Shown: in pieces, positions 53,847 to 64,000 of the stretch | How the letters are laid out: each line of letters begins with the position of its first letter | Numbering within the stretch: position 1 is the stretch's first letter | Assembly (NCBI GenBank): GCA_951406725.2 | Contig: OX597835.1 | Location: forward strand, 10,664,001-10,728,000 | Direction of reading: 5' to 3' | Origin: Octopus vulgaris | Lineage: Eukaryota | DNA length: 64,000 nt | Notes under the pieces: generated by a model | Told to the model about the DNA's origin: nothing | The model's database searches: none | Seen by the model: only the letters and a program-made list of their open reading frames with translations | Made by a program: the position numbers and the translations under genes

Positions 53847-54479
53847 ATATATATATATACATATATGGTTAGATAGGATGATTTCTATATTACAATATTA
53901 CAATGACCAATAACATGTTGTATATGTATAGTTATATGATGATCATGAACTTAGCATCAGCTTATCTCACTCTTTCTCACAGAACCCTAGGGTTCCAGGG
54001 GACTCCAGTTGAGAAACGCTGGTATAAGGAAAGGCATCTAGCCATAGAAACCATTCCAATGCAGGTGTTGGATCTCACTGCAGTCCTCTGGCCCTTCAAA
54101 TTCTACCAAATTATCCAAGTCATGACAGCATGCAAGACAACTTGATACCATTCCATCTCTCAGAGAAATCTCAATGTCTTTTACATGGATCACAAAATTT
54201 CTACAGAAACCATGTTTACTGTAAAGGTATTTGTTACTGTTGCTTTCTAGAACTTTGGTGAAATTTCTGGCACTATTCCATGTAACAAAGACAGCTCAAA
54301 GTTTTTCACATGGCTTGCAGGATTTCTATGGAAACCACATCTTTATTGAGACATTTGTTGTTGTTGTTAAGCTTTTAGTAATTTTGTTAACTGCCTGGCA
54401 CCATTCCACAGATTAACGGTAAGAGTGAAATTCTGCGCATGGTTTCCCAAACTTACAACACGAACCATAACTTGAAGTA

Positions 54480-54860
54480 AAATACTTATTATGGCTGTTG
54501 ACGTTGAGGTTTTCATTATTGTTTAAGTGTCTTTGATAAATATGTTGCCATTATTCCATATGAAGCAAAATTAATCTGTGTCGTGAAAATGTCTTGAGAG
54601 ACTGACAAAGGAATATCAGAGTCGGTAATAAAGTTTCTTCGTGTTTTTTTCCTCTTCTCTTGTTGCTGTTTCGGAAGTTTGGCGATTGTGTAGAAAGATA
54701 GATGGCTTTCGTTGAGATATTAGCTCAACCAATTACGCTTTTCTCTGATATGGAATGACAGGAAATGGAGTTTCTGAAGATGGCAGGCATAATGAACTCA
54801 TTAAAGTTCTTTCCAAATTGAGTCGGCAGCTTTTAGAAACGGTAAACCACAGACGATGAT
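54480..54860 (-). pseudogene. Possible decayed THAP-domain (DNA transposon) fragment
   Basis: Minus-strand pieces SKSCRLN..PFP..RKA*..LSRHFHDTD..TAIISI loosely follow THAP C-xx-C..FP..W..CSxHF..AVP. Confidence 0.3.
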
Positions 54861-55015
54861 GGCTTGTTGTCAGTGACTTACATTCCTTCACACGTAGACT
54901 TGTACATGCATAACTATCGTTATATCCATGCAAATGCTGCCATTGTCATGTGAAAAATTATGTACTTTTAAAGGATGTGCCCCAGCATGACCACAAGTAA
55001 TAGGCAAACCCAGAA

Positions 55016-55063
<48 letters not shown>

Positions 55064-55068
<5 letters not shown>

Positions 55069-55390
55069 CATCATCATCATCATCGTTTAACGGCTGCTTT
55101 CCATGCTAGCATGGGTTGGACGGTTCGACCGGGGATCTGGGAAGCCAGAAGGCTGCACCAGGCTCCGGTCTTATCTGGCAATGTTTCTACAGCTGGATGC
55201 CCTTCCTAACGCCAACCACTCCGTGAGTGTAGTGGGTGCTTTTTACGTGCAACCTGCACAGGTGCCAGGCGAGGCTGGCAACGGCCACTGTCGGATTGGT
55301 GTATTTTATGTGCCACCGGCACGGAAGCCAGTCGAGGTGGCGCTGGCATCGGCCACGAGTCGGATAGTGCTTTTTACGTACCACCAGACC
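55064..55390 (-). mobile_element. Young family D (GAT-tailed) retro-repeat
   Basis: Reverse-complement similarity to 63250-63515. Confidence 0.85.
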
Positions 55391-55394
55391 AGGG

Positions 55395-55425
<31 letters not shown>

Positions 55426-55434
55426 CATATATAC

Positions 55435-55511
<77 letters not shown>

Positions 55512-55587
55512 TATATACATATATATATATATAAACATATATGTATATGTGTGTGTGGTGTGTGTGGTGTGTGTGTGTGTGTGTATG

Positions 55588-56020
55588 CTGTGTGGTAAGA
55601 AGATTACTTCCCAACCACAAGATCCTGGGTTCTGTCCCACTGTGTGGTGTCTTAGGCAAGTGTCTCCTACTATAGCTCCACACTGACCAAAACCTTGTGA
55701 GTGGATTTGGCAGATGGAAACTGAAAGAAGCCTGTTCTGTGCATGTGTGATGTGTGTGTGTGTGAATATATGTGTATATATATGTGTATATATATGTGTG
55801 TATATATATATATGTTTGTGTTTGTACCTCACCACTGCTTGACAACCAGTGTTGGTGTGTTTATGTCCCCATAACCTAACAGTTCAGCAGAAAAGACTCA
55901 TAGAATAAGTACCAGGCTTTAAAAACATAAGTACCGGGGTTGATTCATTCGACTAAAAGTTCTTGAAGGTGTGCCGTAGCATGGCCACAGTCTAATAATG
56001 ACTGAAATAAGTAAAAGATA
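55588..56020 (+). mobile_element. Older SINE family A copy
   Basis: Similarity to family A. Confidence 0.8.
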
Positions 56021-56361
56021 TACATAGGTATATATATCAGTGAAGGCATGTAATCATGTAATTTCATGGTCAGAATGTTACAATCTTGTGATTGCGGTTT
56101 TTTATTCCCAGACCAGGCGTTATGTTGTATTCTTGCACAAAACCTTTCATCACATTTTGCTCTGTGACGACTTAGACATCTGACATGGCGCCCACTCTGT
56201 GCACCTGTTCAGGTAACATTGATTTAATGGAGGGAGGGCGTTTAATGAACAACACAAACATGTGATCACTATAAACAAATCAACCGTACAAGTTATTCAG
56301 CAAGAATTTGTGGACCCTTCATCTGTCAACTATGACTATAGAGCCCTACTCCCACCACATA

Positions 56362-56576
56362 TACAGGGTGGCCCAAAAGTAGGTTTACAGTTATCACGTA
56401 GGCACTTCAAATTTCTTTTAAAACATTTTATTACATTTAAATTTCTGTCTTACAATTAACTAAATTAGCATAGAATAAGGGTTTCATATTTTTTTTATAA
56501 TTAAGATCTAAACTGTAATATATGAATGCGAAAGAGATAGTTGAATAACTGTAAACCTACTTTTGGGGACCCTGTG
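56362..56576. mobile_element. Tc1/mariner-type MITE
   Basis: About 30-bp TIRs CAGGGT(G)GCCCAAAAGTAGGTTTACAGTTAT; TA at the left flank. Confidence 0.85.
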
Positions 56577-57362
56577 TATAATATATACCCATCTATGCCA
56601 TTCCAAGGACCTGTAAGGCTTTGATGGAGTTATAGGGGTGTGGTTGTGACTTACAGTGTGTCTTGGGGTATTTTTAAACCTGGTATGACCGACCTATCCC
56701 CCTCCAGATCTGGGCATGGTCAGTGGTTTCCAGAAGGAGAGAAATAGACAAGAAAAGAGTGAGGGAAATAGAAAATTCCATCCATGTACGGCATTGACAC
56801 TTTGACTATTGACCCCAAAAGGAGGGAAAGAAAAAAATGACCATTACTGTATTTGAAACCTGGGTGCAAGGAGCTGGAATGATTACTGCAAAATATTCTG
56901 TTTGATGTGAAAATGCCTCTGCCAGTTGGCCAGCTCTCTCTCTCCATATATATGTATGTGTGTGTATGTGCATGTATGTATATGTATGTACATATGTACA
57001 TACATATGCATGCATGCACTATGAATATATGTGTTTATATATGTGTGTGTCTCTGTAACATAATGTGATAAAGTGTTCCTATAATAGTCTGTTGTGATGC
57101 AGTATCTAAATGCATTTGGAAACATCCAGTGCCGTGATTCTGAACAACCACAATGGCGAAACGTATGTAAGGAACAAATGATATGAACTTCTGTTTGTCA
57201 TAATTTCCCTTATATTTGCTCTGTACATCATAACCAGATTATTACCAAGTAGAGACACAACCAAACCACTATACTCAAAGTGGACTGGATGGGGGTAATC
57301 TACAGAGAGCTGTAGATTCAACAATAGCAGTTCTACATCCAACTGTACACGCAAGATTTACC

Positions 57363-57405
<43 letters not shown>

Positions 57406-57487
57406 ACAAAGTTGAGTTGTGGGGTATCGCACGAGTGGAATTATATACGAAAGAAGGTTTGAAAATGCAATTTAAAAGATGTTTATT

Positions 57488-57542
<55 letters not shown>

Positions 57543-57732
57543 TTATATATTTATTGTGACATTTATTTCTCTCTGCTTTTTCGTGGGTTTACCATGGAGC
57601 ATATAGATATGTATTTTCTTGATCTTTTATCTTGCCATTTGTGATGCCAGTATCTTGAGATGTGCCTTTACCAATTCTTCTGATCTCACATCCTTCTATA
57701 CACACACACACAAAGAAATGGTCTATGTGAAT

Positions 57733-57777
<45 letters not shown>

Positions 57778-57881
57778 ATCATGACTCGGCTTCGCGAACG
57801 AAGATCAGGAAGGCTGTTATATATATATATAAATCCTTGAATTTATACTTATGTTTGTATACCTGTTTCTGTGTGTATGAG

Positions 57882-57918
<37 letters not shown>

Positions 57919-58741
57919 ATGTTCAATATCTGACAATAGTTATCCATTTCCATTTTTTTCCCTTCTTCCTTAATCCTGAAACCAACCTAATACGGCACAA
58001 AGGAAAATGTTGTTACCGTTCCATGTTTAATGGAACAAACCTAACAGCTGAATGGCTTCTTCAGAATCCAATGCTAGAATGATTAAATTTGGCATTGGTT
58101 CCTCGCCGAACGTCGTACCTTCCTCCCCCCCCCTCCTCCTCCTCCTCTTCTTTTTCCTTCACATTTGGGCAAATGTGTATACATGCACCACAATCACATA
58201 TATACACATATATATATACACATATGTATATATGCTTAATATATACTTCCAGCTATGCATATATTACATAAATACCTGTATTACAAACACATGTATTTAT
58301 TTATTTATTTATTTTTTTTTTTATATATATGTATATATAATTAGATTTATACACCTACATATTTCAATATCTACACACACACACACACATGCGGGTTCCT
58401 GTATAATTGTGTTCCCTCTTGCCTTTTATAGACAAACAAGTAAGTACTTCCATATCGAACTAAACACACTGGCTTCTATACACTGAGGTCAGAATGTTAT
58501 ACCTTTCGGCTGCGTGCTCATAATGGCATGCACACGCATGCGCACACACGCACACGTGTGCACACTCATACACACACACGCGCACATACACACACACACT
58601 CTCACAGAAGCATTTACTTTCTGTCATATATTTATATTCACATGTCTATATACACTCATATAATCCACTCATATATATAAAAAAAAAAAACAAAAATAAA
58701 AAAAAAAAAAAAAAAAAATATATTTATATTATTATTTTTTA

Positions 58742-58841
<100 letters not shown>

Positions 58842-58858
58842 TATATATATATATATGC

Positions 58859-58893
<35 letters not shown>

Positions 58894-59080
58894 TATATGT
58901 ATGTGCGTGTGTGTGTACACAAACATCTACATACATTCTTATACAATGTAAATATGCACACAAGGACCTCTTACATTTACATGTGTATATTATTATATAT
59001 ATATATGATTATGACCTTCACTATGCTTTTATATAATGCTTCGATACATACATGTACATAACAGCACAGGTAGCTGTACA

Positions 59081-59111
<31 letters not shown>

Positions 59112-59480
59112 TCTACCACCACCAACACCACCACCACCACCACCACCATCATCATCTAACATGCATTTTCCTTGTTGGCTTGCATTGGATGTTTCACGTG
59201 AATATAATGAAATGGAGAATCCTGTTATGCTCCAATACCTGCTTTGGCATGGTTTCCGCGGATGGACGCCCTTCCTAACATCAACCACTCTACAGAGTGT
59301 ACTGGGTGCCTTTTTTTGTTTCTGTAGAACCAGCAGTAATGAGATTTCCTTGTGTTTCGCAAGACTAAGGGTTCAGAGGTGGCCCCTGTGACTGAGGGAG
59401 AATAAAAGAAGGAGAGTATGAGAATTCCATTTTGGGTAACGAGAGGGGGTAACGTATAGAGAAAGGAAAAGATTCATAAT

Positions 59481-59859
59481 TGTGGAGGCGCAATGGCCCA
59501 GTGGTTAGGGCAGCGGACTCGCGGTCGTAGAATCGCGGTTTCGATTCCCAGACCGGGCATTGTGAGTGTTTATTGAGCGAAAGCACCACGATGCTCCGGC
59601 AGGGATGGTGGTGATCCCTGCATTACTCTTTCACCACAACTTTCTCTCACTCTTACTTCCTGTTTCTGTTGTACCTATATTTCAAAGGGCCGGCCTTGTC
59701 ACTCTCTGTGTCACGCTGAATATCCCCGAGAACTACGTTAAGGGTACACGTGTCTGTGGAGTGCTCAGCCACTTACACGTTAATTTCACGAGCAGGCTGT
59801 TCCGTTGATTCGGATCAACCGGAACCCTCGTCATCATAACCGACGGAGTGCTTCCATCC
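59481..59859 (+). mobile_element. Full-length SINE family B with 11-bp TSD
   Basis: TSD agattcataat at 59470-59480 and 59860-59870; highly similar to 36457-36841. Confidence 0.92.
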
Positions 59860-61064
59860 AGATTCATAATCATGAGAAAGGGGTAGCGGAGAAAGCTAAC
59901 AATTTAGACCTTATTGGAGGAGGCGGGGAGGCCATGGCAGGGATAAGCGTTAGGAAAGAGATGAGTGCTACAGGTAATATTAGTTTTAATTTTTCCTAAT
60001 TTCCTTCTCTGTTCTTTTCTCTCCATGTCTATTTTAATGTTTTGGAAAAAGAGTGAATATTTGAAACATGAAAAATATTTCCTTTTTTTTCTTTCACCAT
60101 TTCCTGAGCATCAAACTAAAACCAACTCTGAATTTATTTTTTACATCATCTTTCTTTTGTATTTTTCCTTACCCTTGTACCATATATATAAATATATATG
60201 CTTACCGACCACATGGTTCTGGGTTCAGTCCCACTGCATGGCACCTTGGGAAAGATAATGTTTACAAAACTAGCACTGCTTTTAATTCATAATCGAATCT
60301 ATTTTGGTGTTGCACTGAGGCATAGTGATACTATTAACCTGGTGTTAATACTCAGTATATGATGAAGTAGTTATGTGATAAACGAGCATTCAACTGTAAG
60401 TGCATTGCATGTTACAGCAGAAACAGCTGTGAGCTATTGAAATGTATTACATAATGTCTTGTTCCCTTATCATTTGTTTAATTGCTTATATATGCTTGCG
60501 TGCACACACATACAATTATTTAATATAAAAGCTGCAATTGCCCTCTGCCACTTCCAACTTTATTGGTCTGTGAAATGGTGTTACAAGGCACAAATGATTG
60601 TGTGGTTTTCTCTACAAAACACACACACACACACACACACACATTCACAGACACACATTTACAATGGTGTGGTTGTTATTGTCCCAATGGACAGTTCAGT
60701 GCTGCAGTTTTGTTTTAAAATGACAGAATGGCTTCAAGTTTGAATTGATTTGAAGTTTCAACATTTTTAGGAGAATTTGGTGATGAGATTACAGGTCATT
60801 GCCCTGGTCAATTTTAGTTGAATAATCTGTCTTCCATTTGGAATATGGTTCCTTGTCAAAAAAAATGCATCACTTGATTTCATGGCCATTGTTGCTGTTG
60901 CCCTCCACCTCTTCCTCCTCCTCCTCCTCCTCCTCATCATCATCATCATACAGCATCCATTTATTCTCCACCTTCCTTTGATGGCATGGATTTAACAGAT
61001 AGTGGCTCATGCCGTCTAAACACACTCCTACCATGGCCATCTAGGTTGTGTCCAATGAGCTCTA

Positions 61065-61500
61065 ATTGTGGAGGGAACCTGTGAAAGGTGTGGATCCAAG
61101 AAGACATGGGATGAAGTGATGAGAAAGGGACCTTTGGATGCTGAGGCTCAGTGAGGAAACGACATGGGACCGGGAATTGTTGGGGTTTTGCTGTACTTGA
61201 GAAAACCTGCCAAGATAAGTAGAATTGCTGTCATCCATACATACAGGTTTGTCTTTTACTGGTGCCGGTGCCACAGAAAATGCACCCGTGCTGGATCTGC
61301 ATCGATGCACCCATGTCAGTGCAATGTAAAAAGCACCTAGAACATTCTGTAAAGTGGTTGGCATCAGGAAGGGCATCCAGCCATAGAAACCATCCTATAT
61401 GAGACATAGAGCCTGGACAGCTTTTCAGCTGACCAGCTGTTGTCAAACCGTCCAACCCATGCCAGCATGGAAAACAAACATTAAACAATGATGACGATGA
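61065..61500 (+). mobile_element. RTE-clade LINE 3' end with (GAT)n tail
   Basis: VEGTCERCGSKKTWDEVMRK/DLWMLRLSEETTWDRELL resembles the RTE C-terminal G-R-RGRPKKTW...DR..W motif; followed by family D sequence. Confidence 0.75.
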
Positions 61501-61849
61501 GTCCTCACTCACCTATATTCCAACTTTGGTATAGCTTAAGGAGTTCAGTTCTTGTCCATTCCCATTCTTATTCGTTTTCTAAATTCAATTAAACTTTTAC
61601 CCACTTCACCCAGATTCTTATAAAACTCTTCATAATTCTTGTTATTCTTTATTTTATTTTATTTTATCATTTATTCCCACTAATATTTTTATGATCATTT
61701 CAAGGACTTTTATTTGTATAAGTGTAACACTGTGTTAGTGGGCAGTGTATATAGACAGTGTATGTTCGCTGTGTTGTTCTAATAAATTAGTATGTTTGTG
61801 GTTGTGAGTCCTTATGGATGGCAAATGGCTGTGAGTCTACTTGTGAGCT

Positions 61850-62430
61850 ATAAGTGTAGATTGTAAGTGTAGTTATAACTGTAATTATAAATGTACTTGT
61901 GGCTTGTAAGTGTACTTATAAGTATAGTTGTCTTGTAAGTGTAGTTATAAATCTGCTTGTGGGTTGTAAGTGTGGCTGTAAGTGTACTTGTAAATTGTGT
62001 GACTATAAGTGTACTCGTGACTTGTAAGTGTACTTACGGCTTATAAGTGTAGTTATAAATGTATTTGTGGGTTGTAAGTGTGGCTGTAAGTGTACTTGTA
62101 AATTGTGTGACTATAAGTGTACTCGTGACTTGTAAGTGTACTTATGGCTTATAAGTGTAGTTATAAATGTATTTGTGGCTTGTAAGTGTGGCTGTAAGTG
62201 TACTTGTAGATTGACTATAAGTGTACTTGTGGCTGTAAGTGTACTTGTAGATTGTTTGACTATAAGTGTACTTGTGACTTGTAAATGTGGCTGTAAGTGT
62301 ACTTGTAGATTGTTTGACTATAAGTGTTCCTGTGACTTGTAAGTGTGGCTGTAAGTGTACTTGTAGATTGTTTGATTATAGGTGTACTTGTGACTTGTAA
62401 GTGTGGCTGTAAGTGTATTTGTGAAGTGTC
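61850..62430. repeat. Minisatellite of about 12-bp TGTAAGTGTAC/GGC units with higher-order repeats
   Basis: Repeated tgtaagtgtggc/tgtaagtgtact/tataagtgtag blocks. Confidence 0.9.
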
Positions 62431-62945
62431 AGTGTATACTCCCATATATCTGATCAGTGCTTCCTTACTCTCAACATTTTTGCTGGTGTTTAAGTCTATG
62501 TTTTACTCCTTAAACCTTCTGGGACATTCTCTGACTTCATGTTTCAACCATTTACCCTCATTTTTTATTTTCAGGTTTCGATTGTACTTTATCCTTTCAG
62601 ATTTAATTCCCCCCAAACGCCCCCACCAAATCCTAGCAGAACTTCTAATTCCCTGATGACTTCACATTTACCTGTTTCCCTATTTCACTTTCATCCTTAG
62701 AGCCATTAATCCTAATTCATGGTTCCAAACATCCAATCACAGGCGTCTTTCTACGAAATTAGAATCCATTAAGTTGCTCTATAAAACCCTCTTCAGATAA
62801 TTTTGTATCAAAGTTTCACATCACAACAAACAGAATTGCAACACCGAAATCACTTTCGACATTAGAAGCAAATAAAGCAAAACTTGATATGCCATGTACG
62901 TGTGTATACACTATTATATATAGATGATCTTTAAACACACACACA

Positions 62946-62994
<49 letters not shown>

Positions 62995-63249
62995 GTATGT
63001 ATGTATATATGTGTATGTATGTGTGTTTATATATATATATATATATATACATGTGTGTGTATATGTATCATATAATTTATATTATATATATATATATTAT
63101 AATATATATTATATATATATATTATAATATTTATAATATATATATTATATAATTTATAATATATAATATATATATTATAATATACATAGTATATTATATA
63201 ATATATATTATATATATATATAATAATTATATATGCTTGTTACCAACAT

Positions 63250-63515
63250 CGCTTCACTGGCACCTGTGCCGGTAGCACATGTAAAAAGATTCAAGCGAGG
63301 TCATTGCCAGTACCGCCTGACTGGCCCCCATGCCAGCGGCACATAAAAGCACCCACTACACTCTCAGAGTGGTTGACATTAGGAAGGGCATCAAGCTGTA
63401 GAAACTTTACCAGATCAAGATTGGAGCCTGGTGCAGCCATCTGGTTCACCAGTCCTCAGTCAAATCGTCCAACCCATGCTAGCATGGAAAGCGGACATTA
63501 AACGATGATGATGAT
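63250..63515 (+). mobile_element. Family D retro-repeat
   Basis: Ends ...catgctagcatggaaagcggacattaaacgatgatgatg. Confidence 0.85.
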
Positions 63516-63702
63516 ATATAAAAGAATATAAACAATGGGACAAGAATGCAAAACATCCAGACAGATGATGCAACAAAGGGGAAAGGAAAAACAAGGACAG
63601 GTTAACCAGTAAGAAGTTAACCAAGGTGTCACACAGTGGGACTGAACCTGGAACCATGAGGTTGGGAAGCAAGCTTCTTACCTCACAGCCACACCTGCAC
63701 CT

Positions 63703-63735
<33 letters not shown>

Positions 63736-63738
<3 letters not shown>

Positions 63739-64000
63739 CTTTACTCTTTTACTCTTTTACTTGTTTCAGTCATTTGACTGTGGCCATGCTGGAGCACCGC
63801 CTTTAGTCGAACAAATCGACCCCGGGACTTATTCTTTGTAAGCCAAGTACTCATTCTATCGGTCTCTTTTGCCGAACCGCTAAGTGACGGGGACGTAAAC
63901 ACACCAGCATCGGTTGTCAAGCAATGCTAGGGGGACAAACACAGACACACAAACACACACACATACACATACATATATATATACATATATACGACAGGCT
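63736..64000 (-). mobile_element. SINE family A (runs off the window)
   Basis: Similarity to 52403-52835. Confidence 0.9.

Noticed and set aside
61850-62430. CRISPR-like periodicity
   Set aside because: Tandem units lack unique spacers, the context is eukaryotic and no cas genes are present.

Overview
Eukaryotic, AT-rich and microsatellite-dense genomic DNA. The SINE families and the (CA/TA/TAA/CAT)n load strongly resemble an octopod cephalopod (Octopus-like; inferred from recalled repeat families). There is no prokaryotic gene system, CRISPR array or long genuine ORF, and almost all entries in the ORF track are microsatellite or SINE artefacts. The window looks like the mostly intronic interior of one large + strand gene. 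Phase-compatible short exons at 2717-2827, 12173-12245, 14711-14733 and 15592-15654 spell EMKSVDYEQEALDY...GEKDIKQAVELLDPQNRVIVEEAAQEYSNIYTSSGWINNNLDTAAIKSQERING. This resembles the alternatively spliced linker between the ANK repeats and the ZU5 domain of ankyrins. The most notable points are: (1) a compound splice junction at 12143-12178 with a 6-nt microexon, an in-frame UAG and an AG|GT recursive-type site; (2) a train of different (TAA)n-associated retroelements, including Dong/R4-like restriction-endonuclease types, at 43291-45135; (3) a roughly 215-240 bp inverted duplication around a SINE head (45715-46314), a likely dsRNA/ADAR substrate; and (4) hammerhead-like motifs in Penelope-type repeats. 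Relics of Penelope, Tigger/pogo, RTE and THAP elements and several MITEs are also present. All exon calls come from reading the sequence by eye and need RNA-seq confirmation.
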